Shown here one piece after another: positions 37,991 through 52,900 of a DNA stretch of 64,000 nucleotides; the stretch's first letter is position 1, and each line of letters starts with the position of its first letter. The translations under genes and the position numbers were made by a program. The notes under the pieces were generated by a model. That model was not told where the DNA came from. It ran no database searches and was given only the letters and a program-made list of their open reading frames with translations. Origin of the DNA: Octopus sinensis (taxonomy: Eukaryota); assembly GCF_006345805.1 (NCBI RefSeq), contig NC_042997.1, forward strand, positions 143,096,001 through 143,160,000, given 5' to 3'.

Positions 37991-40900
37991 CTGGAATATA
38001 AAAAAAAGGTCAATGAGTAACAAAGACAAACACAGACTAATTTAGTATTGTAGGTTCCCAAACTAAAAAACACCTCATCTATTTTATACAATGTAAATAA
38101 CCCACAAGTAGCGTAAATCCTCTAAGGATCTTAAATGCCAAAGTTCAGAATCCTAATAAATTTGCACTTCTTAACATATAGAAACCTAAATGTAATGGGT
38201 GACAAAACATAAAGCTAAGAAATAATTTCTTAAGAAAACTACATAGCAACTAGCATTATTTAATAACTAAAACAGTTTATAACTAAAAATTAGCATTATA
38301 TTGAAGGCTAAATACTTACAGTAGATACAAGCTTTGTAGTTTGTGTATTTGTAGCAATTACTGTGGCACTAGCCACACTCCCTGCACTAGGAGAACCAGA
38401 AGAGGTAGCAGGTGCACTAGTGGTCATAACAGGTAGAGTAGAAGACTGTGCAGCTCTATGGTGACCCTGCTGAGATGAAACTGCTACACTATGGCTTAAT
38501 GATGTTGACGGTAAAGACGACGGCGGCAAACATGGAGGCGTGTTGCTGGGGGCATTATTGTGGGCTGGCAGAGTGGGAGGAACAGCTCCAATGCTAGATT
38601 CTTTCAGATTTGCAGTAACAGCAGTCGTAAGAGTTGTGGAGGCAGCAGTAGCAGATAGATGTGGAGCACCTCCAGCTGATTGCATGAGAGAATTTGCATG
38701 AGGCTCTGAAGACTTTGCATTGTCTGCATAAATTCCAGTATTTAGCTTAGTGGCTGCACTTGCATTTGAAGAAGTTATTCTGCAGAAACAAAAGAGCCAT
38801 ATTAACAAAGATTCATTTTATGACAAGCACACACACACACACACACTGTACGAAAAATCAGATACAAAATATTTCTATTTGAAAAGAAATACTAACTTTG
38901 TTGGAGCAATAGGCTGGCTAATAGCGGCAGGTACAGGAGGTGTTGAAATACAGGTTGATGGAGTTGAGACTGAAGCACTTAATGGCAATGTTGGGGTGAC
39001 AGCTGGAGCAACAGTCAGAGTAGTAGTGCAGCTGACAGCAGTAGCTGGTGTCAACAGAGGAGCTGCAACTGCAGAAGGTGTATCTTTGTTTACCGGTGAT
39101 TGTGCTGGAAGCTGGCTTGAAATAGCTACTTCTGCAACAGTATTCAGTGAAGATACAACAACTGCATTATTGGTATTGGTGGTACCAGGGGAAGATGTGG
39201 CAGTCACCATAGGAGCAGTGATCACAGATTCTTTAACCAATGGCTTAGCAGTACCCCGCACTACATCTGACAATTTATTCTCAAATTTTTCTCCTGATGC
39301 TGCATTATTCTGGTAAAAGAAAAAGCATTTAATTTGATGAAACAAAACCATTTAAAATTAGAAAAATGTAGAATGTGAATTTCATAAATTCTATATATTA
39401 TTTCAACTTTTCATCACTACACTTCTAGCTAATGATGTACAATTTCAACAAACTTTTAGGTGTGTTTAGGGTGGTTTTGTAAAAGAAATGTAATGGTTTT
39501 ATTTATGAACCCTTTTGATACTAAGGTGGCTGTAACTGCCTGAGGATTTGAATGGCAAATGATATGAAACTGGCTGTAATAACTTAGTCATATTTAAAAA
39601 TGAGAGTTCCAGCACAAATCTTGTTAGTACATTAATGAAAACGTGGTTTCACTATGTGGGCAATTTTACATATCTTAATGGTGCAAATTTTGAGCCCCCC
39701 CCCCTTTCTGAAACGTTTCACAATATACGAAGACTGGATGCCTGTTTCATGTTGTCAAGCAGTGATTTTGAATTCCAAGTATTTTTATAAAAACATACAA
39801 AAATCTAAGATAATATATAGTAAAAAAACATAAAAACACATGATTATGAACAGGGATTGTTCTTTGCAAAAGTGGAACAATTCTAACAATTCAGGGGGTA
39901 CCTAAATGTAGTAAGAAATTAAGAACTGTTTCTGCTAGTTAATTTAAAGTAGATATCAGATCTAATCATAATCTTTGCAAGGGAACAAAACCATTACATT
40001 TCAAAACCTTTCCCCTTTGAATCAATTACTGCGGAAACGAATTGTTATGCAGAATGTAGACAAAGAGAGGACTTTGGAGGAAGTAAGAAATCCGAGCACT
40101 TTTAGGAGTATTGTATGCATTTGATAACCCCCACCCAACACAATTTACCTGCAGGATACATGACAGAGTTTGATTAATTTAGGTTGTGAATCATTATTAT
40201 GTGTGTTTCTGTGTATGTATACATGTGAGTTGTATTTCCTAGTTTTCTTCAAAGACAAATCCCTGTATTTCATCTTGTATTATATCTTTATGGTACACCT
40301 GTCTTATGTGCTAAGTTTAACTGATAATTAATCCAGTAATTTGTACAATTCTTCTCTATTAAAATTTTGCATATTCACTGAATATTAGCTAATAACTCAT
40401 TTTCTATGCTGATGATTAGACAAAATTTTAATAATTTTATGTTTTGTTGAATTTACCTTTGAGACAAAAATCATGAAACGGATTTAGATGTGAATATATT
40501 CCAAAAAATCACAATATGTTGATAAATATAAAAGAGTTGTTCTATTGCACCCATCTAAATTCAAGATAATTTTAGAATTTAATTGAAATATAGAGGGTCT
40601 ATTTTGGTTAGAAATATATTAACAAAATTATTAATGTATACTGTACATGACTTAAATTTTATTTAACTATCATCATATAAAAGAGTGATTAGTCAATATT
40701 CAAAGTTTACTACACATCATAATAATAATTGGCTTATTGTATAGAATGCTCAGGTTACTCATAAGAAAAAGTTAAGAGGGGTCAGGAAGCAGACATAAGT
40801 AAAGAAAGGTTGCAATGAAATTTTGGGGTACATGCACAGAACACAAAATAAAAAGTGAACATGAACATTAAAATGGTCATACAGATGAAAGACTACATAC

Positions 40901-43900
40901 ATAAGTCAGGAGTGGTGTTGGCAAATTTTGAGGAAGTGTGGAATTTTTGAAGAATGCAGTATCCTGACAGCAAACAACTAATGTGGACAGTTTATCCCAT
41001 GCTTCAATAAGTTGAGTGTGAAAAATGTCCCCAAAAGTCATGGGTGCTGTGCCACTCAAAAAAGGTGGCCAAAGTTGTTGGAAAGATAAAGAATAATCAT
41101 GTGGGGTTGTAACATGTCAGCTGTTAGATGTTGAAAATTTAGCACACCAAAAAGCAATAGGTTTAAGACATGGTAAGTGACTGACATAAAATATCTTGTT
41201 ACATGTCTCTTGATATCTTTGAAAAGATCAATATTCTTGACAAGGAGGTTCCAGACTGGGTATGGCAAAGCCATATATAGCTTTAAATAGTCAGTGACAA
41301 GTCTTACTGAGGGACAGCACTAAGACACCATTGACCTTTTTCATGTTTTACAAATGAAGTTCATCCAATGCAGATCATTGTTTCCTATAATGCCTAAGTC
41401 ACATTCACCAGCAGACTTTCTGGCATAGTGGAGGGAGTGGGTAAACTCCAGTTTATAGCTCCCAAAATGTTTAGTGGTGCACTTGTCTACAGCCAGCTTG
41501 TGTTGCCAATCAAAAATTCCTTGCTGCATTGTGCCCAGATCAGATTACAAGAATGATCTATTGCATATGTAAGATCTATCCCTTTTATCTCAAGATATAG
41601 CTTCATGTAAACCGCATATTTAACACAGTAACATGCTTCAATATGGCATCTATTTCATTAATGTATGCAACAAGAGACTAAGAACATCTCCCTGTGGACG
41701 CCAGATGTCATCACATAAGGGTTCCTTATGTTGTGCTGATACCATAACTACCTCTTTCCAGGCTAGAAAGTAAGAGTTCTATAATAATTAACTTTCACCT
41801 CTTTGTAGAGAGCCTTGCCATATGGTGAAAGGGTAGGATGTCTTTCTGCCCACAAGAGACTGGTTGGCAATGATCATAGCATGATTGGGGATACCTGAAG
41901 AGTCTCTCATATTGAAGTTGATAATATGCCTGATTTATGATTTTAATTGCTGCATTCAAAACTAGAATCTCATATTGTTTTATATAATTTTAAAGAGAGC
42001 AGAATTTTAGTGAAATAAATTTCCAGATACTAGAAATTTGAGAGGACAAAACCCAAAAGTCATGAAAATGCTCAATGCAATAACGAGTTGGTATTAAGTC
42101 AAGCAGGGTGATCATGAAAATGTACAGAGATGTAATATTAAGAGGCACAACCACATTTTAACCCCATTAGTGTTCAAAATCGGATGTAACCGGCCAAAAT
42201 TAATTCACCTTTATTTGTTCAAGCCGGCTGTATCCGGCTGCTCTACGAAATCGCTAAAAAATAAATCACACTATTGAATTCTCATAGCTTTGAGATAATG
42301 CAAGATGAAGCCTTTCCCAACTTTATTCAAGTACAAATACTGTGAATAGACCACATGGTTTTTTTCAACGTTTGAAGAAGTGTGTACTTTAGTTGTTAAA
42401 GAAATGGCGTCAGCAAGTAGTGATTCCGACATTGAAGGTTTAACTCTTGACAACATAGAGTATTTCGTCTTCAGATGAATATGATATCAATATTAGTGAT
42501 TATTCGATGGACGAGGAAGATTTCGAGAATGAAAGTGGTGAAAATGATATCGCAAACATGTCAACATGATCAAAGATTACAACAGCAATCACTCTTACTG
42601 ATTTCACAGAAAACACAGTTTACCTCCAGATGCTCAACCATTGGACTATTTTTATTTTTACCAGAAAGCTTTTTTGAAAATGGTTGTATACTGTCAATCT
42701 AACACGAACATGACAGTAGGTGGGTACACCACCGCTGTTTAGCCCTAGGAAGCCTCGACGCCTCCTGATGGCTTTGACACAATTTTCCTGTGTCCTTATA
42801 TACATTTACGAAGGGGAGGCAAATACCCCCATCCGCCCGGGCTGCATCTAGGGACACATGTTTCAGGATGATTGTACCCCCCTACTGTCACGTTCGTGTT
42901 AGATTGACAGTATACAACCATTCTATCGCCCCACCACCGTACATGTCTCCACGAGAGATTTAGAAATTTAGTATTTTTTTGAAAATGTTGCGGAGAAAAC
43001 AAACAAATATGCACGTTTAATTTCTATTCGTGGAAGAAACGATCCACTATGGCAGCCAGCTTACACTGCAGAAATGGGAGCATTTTTCACAATATTATGT
43101 TTGGTGTTAAACAGCTTCCTCAACTGTGGAACTACTGGAGTCCTGATATAAGGTATGGCGATCCATATATCTCAAGTATGTCGAAGACAAGTTATTCAAA
43201 AATATCTCAGTATTTGCATTTAACTGATTCTGTTAATGCCCCCAATCAAAAATGACCCAAACCACTCTCCTGTACGAAGTACAGTACTGCTATGGGAAAC
43301 CATAATGGTTTACCCCCATGAAATGAAAACAAAATTTTTAAAAAAAGATGGGGCATTTTACAAATGCAAAAAAAAATAAATATATATATATATATATATA
43401 TATTTTCGTTACTGCTTTCAAAAACAAAAGACAAATTTTATTTCTATCTTCTAATGAACAACCTGGTGTTGGCACTGAGGGGAAACTCCTAGTGAATATT
43501 TGTTACAACAAATATATGGATCAGGTTGATGAATCCAACCAATATCAGGCATATTAACCCAGTTGGTCAACCTGGGAAGAAATGGTGGAGGTACATTTTG
43601 TAGTTTTTAGTTAATTTACTATAGTAAATTCATATATTGTATATGTAAAAAGCCACAAGATACCTCTGCCACCAAAGGACTACGACCACTTGAAATTTTG
43701 GGTTGACGTCACATCTCAGTTATGAGAGCTTTTCTTCTAGAAAGCACAGAACTGGGAGAACAGCAAAATTAACTTTGGTGGATGTCAGAGAAAATATTGA
43801 CTTTTTCACAAAGTCAAAAAGATAAATGGAAGGAAAAAAGTTTGCAAACTGTGTTTGCTGCAAAAAGGTATCAGATTGAGACTTCATATATGTGTTCCTT

Positions 43901-46900
43901 TTGCCAAGTGCCCTTATGTAAAGGGTGCTTTGGACAGTGTCATGTCAGAAATGTCATAATTTGGTATATTCCTTTTCATTTTATAAATAATATGTGAAAG
44001 TGAGAAATACATATTGATTTTCAGTATGTTACACACTTGTATTTGTCTCACCTGTTAATGAGATTTTATTAGATGCATTCTGTTATGTAAATGAATTCAT
44101 TAAATTGTATAAGAGTGCATAGCCAATAGTATATTGACTAGTAAAAGAATTTTGTACTTCATGTTCTATGAAAATGTTTGAAGAAAATATAGAAAAAGAA
44201 TAAAATCTTGTACTGATTACACCTGTATTTTAATTCAAATTAATGTACCTCATCTTGAAAAATGTAAAATTGTTGGCAGTCGACATCTGGGATAATTTTA
44301 GTAACAAATCAAAGAGGTAAGATGTATTAATATGAATTTTAATGTTTATTCATAATGTTATTGTTTTTACACCTGTTAAATTTACCTGCCCATAAAAGTC
44401 AAATTTAGCCAGAAAGATCAGCTAAAATTATGTAACTAAAACCACTGGCAAATAAGCACCCATTTACAAAATTTCAAATCTGTATGTAGAAAATTAACAG
44501 AGTTATAAGAAATTATTGTGGACACCCCACTTGAACCTGAACAAATCAAAATTAATGTGAAAAGATAAGCATTACATTTGACAAATCTGAACAATAATGG
44601 GTTAAATGGTCAAAACTGTGTAGCTGTTGACTTACTTGTGATCCTGGTAATGGCGGGAACGAATTAGACTCAAATTCAAATAATGGCTCGGTAAATTTGT
44701 TATTGGTAGATAATTGAGATGAGGTCTGGCGCTAAAAAACAAAAAGGAAAACAAAATTTTTTTTTTTTTAATTTAAAATACTAATGATTTATATTAAAAT
44801 ATTTTATTACGAAACACAAAAGTAATACAAAATACACTCACAGATAATTTAGAATTATCGTCCTCTCTTTTTCTCCGGTTTTTATAAATTTTCCTGTAAA
44901 TGTACAAAAGGGGGTATGAATTAATGATATAAAATATAGGGGATTTTGGAACAATGACTCACACAAGGTCATAAGTTCTAATGCCAAACTACAAATAATA
45001 TCCCACATTTTCTTGGTATTAAGTTTAGAAGATATGACAATAGCAAAAGCAAAAAATGATAATACGGAGTGCTGTTTCCCTATAGGGTTCAGTCTATTAT
45101 GTCAATTTAGGAAACCAAATAACCAAAGTATATAACATAATGAGGGAAACAATAATCTCTGGTGCCATACCTCTGTGGTTGTGGGGCTGTAGAATCTTTA
45201 CTAGAATCTGATAAGTGGCTGATAGGCATTGAAGAACTGGAGTCTACATTGGTAGATGAGTGAGTAGTAGTAGTAGTAGTTGTAGCACTACCCCCGGTTG
45301 TGCTAGAATGATGATGGTGGGTTGCATGACTGTGATAATTGTCAACACCTTTCCGGTTGGGAAACAAAGGTGGTGTCACATGGGTATTTTCTGTACTCCT
45401 TGGACTGGACCGATGAGCATTTGGATTCTGGTGACGATCATGAGGTAACCGACTATCGCTACTGGCTCTCTCTTGATTAAGACGATTTGGCTTTGCAGTA
45501 CGACTAAGGGAGGAGGAAAAAATTTAACCTGATAAATGCCGTGATTGATAATTTCATTTTAAATTTGTCTCTGCCTATATATATTTGTCTGTGTAAGAAT
45601 AAGGTTGGGGAAAAAAAGCGCTACATTAGTGGAACATCAGTGAATTTAAGTGTACTCACTGAGAAGAATTATTGAAAACTAAGTATCCACTTTTCTAAAA
45701 ATCTTTTAAAGTATTTAATATTGCAATTCTGGGAGTTAACTATTAATTCATGTTAGTTTTGACTGTATTAAAGAAAGAAGCTATTTCATCAATGTATTGT
45801 ATCAAGTTCGTATGTACGTGTGTGTGTGAGAAACAAATGTAAAGTAACTGGATTTATTCAGATTTGAAATAACCATGCATCTCAGATTTGGGACTTTGCT
45901 GATATTGACTATTTTTAGAATGACACTGTAGAGTTGGTGTGAAAGGCCAGATATGGCCATTATCAACATAAAACAAGCAGAATATTTGGGCCAGATATGG
46001 TCAGTTTGAATGCTAATTGGTTAAATTAGTCTAGAAAGTGCTAATAATAATCTGGATGATTTAGACTGTCATAACTCTTTAAAAATGAAGATGTTAATTT
46101 AGTCCTAGATTACAATGGATTATTGTGGCTTGAAAGGTCTTGCTTAGGGGCTTAAACAAAAGAGGGAAAGTTAGAAATGCTGAAAGGACAAAAAATACAG
46201 AAACTATATTCTGACTGTGTGTGTGGATTTTCAACTTGTAGCCATACGGTCAATTCAATAATCTACTGTGGCTCCATGATAACACTATATTTAAACCTAA
46301 CTATGACCGCAAGGTGGGTGTCTAGTTATCTCTCCACAACCATATATAGCAGTTTTGACACTAATATATAGTGTCACAGTAGATGATGTGTTTCAATCTT
46401 ATCAATGGTTTCTAAAGAAAATAGTCCATAAACCTTAAAGAGTAAACTTGTTGAGATTATAAACACTTGTCTAGTCAGCACTATAGAAATTGAGTTCAAT
46501 AATGTAGCACATATCTAGACATTGTCCATAAATCAATACACTTCTGCACTGGATATCATTTTCATACCAAGTTCTGGCTACACAAGAGTTTAATCATTTA
46601 TACAGAAAATTTAATATCTTGGTAATTGCAACAGAACCATCACTGAAATATGGGAATAGATTACATTAACTGCACAATGTATATTTTAATAGTTAATCCC
46701 TTCTCCAGTTTTACTCTGAAAACGTATAACATTTATGTGGATAAATGACAAACATTACTATTGTTATGCCTAAATGTTAACATTAAGTAGGGTCAGGATT
46801 GACAACCACTCTACAAGTTATAGAAGTTAAATCTGTCACACTCATCAAATAAAGCACAATCTACTTGCTTGTAGCCCTCCATGTTAGGCCAATCTCAGAT

Positions 46901-49900
46901 AAAATACAATCCTCTTCTCAAGTGGGTTAAAATTTTAAAATTTACATGCAGTGGAAATAGAAATAACAAACTGCTAATAAAGCTCTACAGGCAAAATTGA
47001 AACTAGATGCAATTATCATTATTACTTAAGAGTGAATCTGCATTTTGTGCTGCTAAAATGCCATTTAAGAACTAAAGATAGCAGACAGATTTGTGCTTTA
47101 TGAACTATAATTTTCGTGAGTAGATAATACTTACCCAACACGCATATTTGGAAATTGATGTCTACCAGGAGTGTTTAGTTTGACACCTGTTGCTTGGTAT
47201 CCATTCATTGCAAATACCTTAAGAAATGAAAATTCCAAAATAAATTCCAGAAATATAGATAAAATTTAAGTAATCAATGAATAAAGATAAAATACAACAC
47301 TTAGCAGTAGAAATATATTTGAAGTCATAGAGATAAAAATTTTAAAAAGATTTTTACCATGCTAGGATCCATTATGGTGTGACCAGCTGGTGGCCAAGAA
47401 GGCATGACAGGATAATATAACTATAAAAGGAAAGAAGAAAAAAAACCATTAAGCAAGAAACATAATCATGAAGAATTCTCCCCACTTGCTTCAACAGTAA
47501 AGCTTTCTGTAACTCTTTGACTTACTTCCCTTTGAAACCACCACTTCCCCAGCTCCAGCACTACAAACATAACCTGTTCTGCTAGTTGAAACACTTGCAA
47601 GATTATAATGGATTACTCTCAAATATACATGGATAATCCCCTGGATTTAAAATTTCACTGAAGAATTTTCCTTGTCATTAAGAATTTTGATTTTTTCTCT
47701 CTCTTTTTGGTATTTATATAGAGCAATATTTCTCAACAATTTTTATGCCATGCAGTACTTCAATAGGAGATGAATGAGTGTGTGCATGTGTAGTAGATAT
47801 ATTGTGAAGAAAAGTTTTGTTTAAAACTAAGTTTTATTCACTCATTACTTTGGTTCCATTCTAAAGTAACTCATACTACACCAAAATATTACCTTACTTC
47901 ACCTTCAGAAACACTGATCTAGAATTAGTTACGATTTTTCCAAGTCATTTCATATTACAAAAAAAAAAACATGTATAGGAACTGCCCTGTTATTTAAGAA
48001 TCAGTTTAAAGCTATGTCATTCTGAGTACAATCTCAGTATCCAACACATTGGGCAGGTTTCTCTCACCACAACCTTAGGCTGACCAATACCCTGTAGGTG
48101 GAATTTGGCAGAGAAACTAAGGAAGCCTCTCATATATGAATATATAAATATGCATGCAGATTTGTATTGCTAGTGGATAGAAATATTAAGAAAACTGGAG
48201 CATCAAGTTAGACATTCCTTGCTATTAAAAATGCAGTGGAAGTAGTGATTAGCATGTTGGAAATCTATAACCAACAGCACTGCTGTCACAAATTCAGATT
48301 TAAAAAAAACCTGAATAGAAGAGGAGATAAAATTATTTTTACAGCAATTTAAGCAGCATATACTACAGAATTAAAACACTGGGAAGTTTTGCCACAAATG
48401 TCATACCTGCCCCAAAAGAATCCTTTCCTTTCACAAATGGATTGTGAACTAGATTGAATTCATGAATCTCAAAAAGCTTCTGTGAGAGGTGCATCTCCTT
48501 CAAGACACACACATACTCAAAAACTACTACAATATTGATATGTAAGAAAACCAAGCTATACACACTGAAATATTTAGCAGTTTTTAGTGTCATGTTTTTT
48601 TTTTTGTGCATAAAAAAATTTTGCTTATCTATACAAGTTTCATTTCTGAGAATCAATGACAACATAATCACTACCCAGATGTTTAAAATAAATTTGGTTT
48701 ATAGTCTTTACTCAGCAATATAAAGGAAACATCAAATCATATTTTGCATTATGTGCTGAATGACACAAACATATTAATAAATAATGATAATGTAAAACTG
48801 ATGGTTCTGCAGCATAGTTTCAAAACCCGTCAATATAATGCAATCCATTATACTTCATTTTAAATGCTTTCAAAACTTACAAAGTAGACTTTAAAATCAA
48901 AATACATTTTTTTCAGAACTGTGACATACTTACTTGCTGAAAATTTATATTTGGTACATATGCAGCATATCTTTGTGTTGAATTGTAAGCTTGCTGTTCA
49001 AACTGCGGTTTTAACCCATTTCTCGGTACATATGTTGACCGTATTAAGGGTTTAGCTTTTATTCGAGCCTGTTTGTGAATACAAAATTCAACAGTTTAAT
49101 ATGATGATATGCAAAATACAAGTGCGTAACTCTTTTTAATATTTTTCCTACACAAATATATATATCAAGAATAATGGCTGAGGCAGGGATGGTTTGACAC
49201 TGCTTATGTGAATACAATGAGTTTGTACTATAGTAAGAAACCAATGTTTCTGGTCACTGCAAAAACACAAATTTGCAGGATTAAAAAAAATTCACCAAAA
49301 CTATCCTGAAATAATCAGTTTACAAAACCCCTTATCAGTTGCAGAATTGATATCAGAGAAATTCCTATTAGACTCACTCCATAAAGTGAAGTCATTGTAC
49401 TGATCAAATAGGTCAAAAGATTGTTTTTATCTAAATGACCTAATTAGTATTGGGGGTTGCTGTAGTGGAGATATATCTAAAATAAAAAAATGGAGGGGTT
49501 CCAGATTTAATACCTCTGCTGATGAAGAAAGTTACTTTAAACGAAAGGCAAGGACAGAAATTAACATTGCAGCAGCAGCAATAGTAGTAGTAGTAGAAAA
49601 CGATGTGAATGAAGGTAAGTAGTGTAATCTGATTTGGTTCAATTTAAGGAGATAGGGAGAAGTTGCTTTTATAAACTGATCAATCTTTCAGTATGAAGCA
49701 GTTACCAGCAAATTCTGATAAGTAAATTTGTGTCTAAACACTTACCATTATTGGTTTTCCAAGAAAAGACTTTACTTCTTCACGTAGATACTGGTAGGCT
49801 CTTTGAGCATCTTCATCAGAGTCAAAAGTCACATACCAATTATCATTGTGCGCAAATTCACAGCTAACGAATTTGGGGCAATTGCTACCGGAAAATAGAG

Positions 49901-52900
49901 TTTCAACATCCTATAGGAGGAGAGAGACAAGAAGTTATAAAAAGATAAGCAGGCACATTACGACAAGTAATATATATTCTAAACAACAGTAGCATTAAGT
50001 TCATATCTTCAAACCAAGCAAAAAGTGAATTTTTACTATCTTCAGAGTAAAATAAAAATATTTTTGAAACATATTTTCATTCAGAAACTAGTTTGGTTAT
50101 TCTTTTCAGTTTAATAGCCTGAATTGATAGAGCATGCATTGAATTTTTAAGAGAACCTTACTTGAACGGGAGTAGATGCTGGAATTTCACGTAGTATCAC
50201 AATACATCTGTTGTGATTAGGCCGCACCTTTTCACCTTTATCATCAACTTGTACATTCTGACACTCTATGAAGTAACATACAAAAATCACAGTATAAATA
50301 CAGTGTATATAGGTAGTAAATTTAACATTAAATGGGAATATAAAATGTTAACAATTTACAATTAACAAGTTTTTTTGATTGATATATTTCAAATAGTGTT
50401 TTTCTTACTAATTCAGCCAAGAAAAATTTAATATAAATTAAAGGAATTCACAGCAATTGAAACAGAAATGAATTTTTCAGCAACTCACCTCGAAGAACAT
50501 CCACAACCAGGTCGTGATTATTTGTCAATCGCTGAACCTGACTGAAATTTGCAACAGCCGATATAGCCACATACTGGTCAGCATCCATTTGTGACATTAA
50601 ATATGTATCAGATGTCAAGTTTTCTCTGTAAAATGAAATTTAAGATCAATTTTGATTAAATTCATAAGCTTATATACAGTAATTCCTCTACTATTGTGGG
50701 TGTTAATTCCAACCCAACCCCTGTCATAGGTGAAAATCTGCTGACAGGGAAGTACTGTAGTGTATTTTGTCTTATTTCTATAATTTGTATATATTCATTT
50801 TATAAATGCAAAACACCATGGAGGAATTGACGTAAGCTTAAATAATGAACCGCAATATGGGAAGGCATTACTGTGCATGCACACACCCACATTGTTTTAA
50901 CATCCAATTTGACAAGGATCAAACAATTTATTGAGGCAGTTTTTATACAGCCCTCCCTGTAGCCCCTGCCCCATCCACCTCACCGGTTTCTAAGCGAGGC
51001 AATATTTTGCCATTGCCAGATAAATTCCCACACAATACTGGAAATGATCAATTGTGCTCATTTGACAATAATACTCACAACTAACATGGGAAAACAAGAC
51101 AAGACACACGTTACACAACAGGCTTCTTTCAGTCTTTGTATATCAAATCCACTCAAGATTTTGGTCAGCTATGGTAGCCAACAACCTACCATTTTACTAG
51201 TTTCATCGTACCCATGGTCTTCGAAAGTCTATGAAGACATATCAAAGAATTGCAGGGGACAGACATTCTGAGAAGGTAAGAAACTAAGCTTTACTGAATG
51301 GCAATGGGATATTTGCGACAATATAGGTGATGAGGGAAGAGAGACAACTCAGTCAAGACAGTCTGACTAGAGGTGACAATTATTTCAGTAACAACAGAAA
51401 GGTTAACACAGCTTGTATGTGTGTGTGATTTCATGCCAATCAGTTAAATAGTCAGCCTTTGAATGTGGTCATGAATATCTAAGTGTGTAACAGCAGTATA
51501 CAATTTCTGATCAAAGTAATTGTTGGGGTTTGGGCTTATTTGTTTTGATTCCAAAGAGAAAGGTCAATTTTGAGATGCAATTTTACTACATTAAGGATCT
51601 GCATTGGAAACAGTTTGATATTTGAAGCAAATGCAAGGGTGGCATTTGTGCATTGCTCACGCACGCATGTTGCACTGTGAATTTTTTTTTTTTAAATCTA
51701 TGCAGTGATTAAGTATTTCCTTTTTGCTATGAATAAGACACAATTGACCGGACCTCCAATGGAAAATATTCCAGGCTTCTGTTTGTGAAGGGAATAGAGA
51801 TTTAGTATGGGGTATCTAACTATCCATTCATATGTGCTAAAGACTAAGGAGGAATGAAAGATGGTATTTTGTGGGAGTGGGCATTGTTGGAAGAGAAAGC
51901 AAAAAGGTCACTGATATATAAAAGGAAGAGGGGTGAGGGCACTGACCAGAAGGGAGAAATGAGCATTATCGGCATTATGATAGCCTAATTTGACAAGAAG
52001 CAAAGAAACCAAGAGACAAAAGAGGTGGAAGGGGCCCATAAGGAGATAGTTTTGACAAAAAACTTTATATGCCAAAGAGAGTAAAAACATTTGATGTTGA
52101 AAGCAACAATGCATTCATCAACAGAGAGCTCATTGCTGAATGACACAGGACACTATAGAATCTTAGGACACCAACATTTTATACAAGCTTGCAAAAGTTA
52201 GCAAGCAAAACAAGTGGATGAATTTATATCATAAAATACTAAAAACAATTACTAGTAACTCTGCTTACCAGTCCATGACACCACTTTAGTTCACATCAGA
52301 ATTTTTTTTTAATAAGCAAATATCTCATGAATATTTAATGAACTCGTGTTTAGTTGAAATCCCACCCAAACCTTTATATGACTCACTCATTTCTATTATG
52401 CTGGCACTATCACATTTATTTTGTAATATCATTACTTTTTTTTAAGAAAATATAAATTATCAATATAGAGCAAAGATAGCCAAAGCCTTCTGATTACCAA
52501 CTCACCTGCACTCATACTTCTCTAATACTAACATCATTATCTAAACTGAAACCCTTTATCAAAAATTCATTCTAATTCATGTTCCAAACACCAGTTTAAC
52601 AACAAACCAATTTTACAAAAATTACAGAAAGAAAAGCTGTAAATTTTTTTAAAATATAACAAAAGGATTAATTCTTTCCACAACTTTTTTTTTTTTTTTA
52701 ATAGTTTTTTCTACAATTTTATATACATAACAGGAAAAAGTAGTTTTAGATCTATTTATTGCTAACACCTTCAGCACTAACAAATATATTTCCCTAGAAA
52801 TTTTTTATAAGCATAGAAACCCCTAATTTTGCTACATCCAAGATATTCAAAAGAACAGTTAAGCATTCCCCTATAAATCTCTCTCCTATTGAACACATTG

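Noticed and set aside
38750-39316. 188-aa plus-strand ORF
   Set aside because: Antisense to a LARP4 exon.
47888-47930. Possible 21-nt LARP4 microexon (ISVSEGE)
   Set aside because: Weak acceptor and no supporting similarity.
49515-49560. Hammerhead-like CTGATGA…GAAA
   Set aside because: Stem II does not close G-C, and no stems I/III or cleavage triplet can be formed; likewise the minus-strand hit near 31465.
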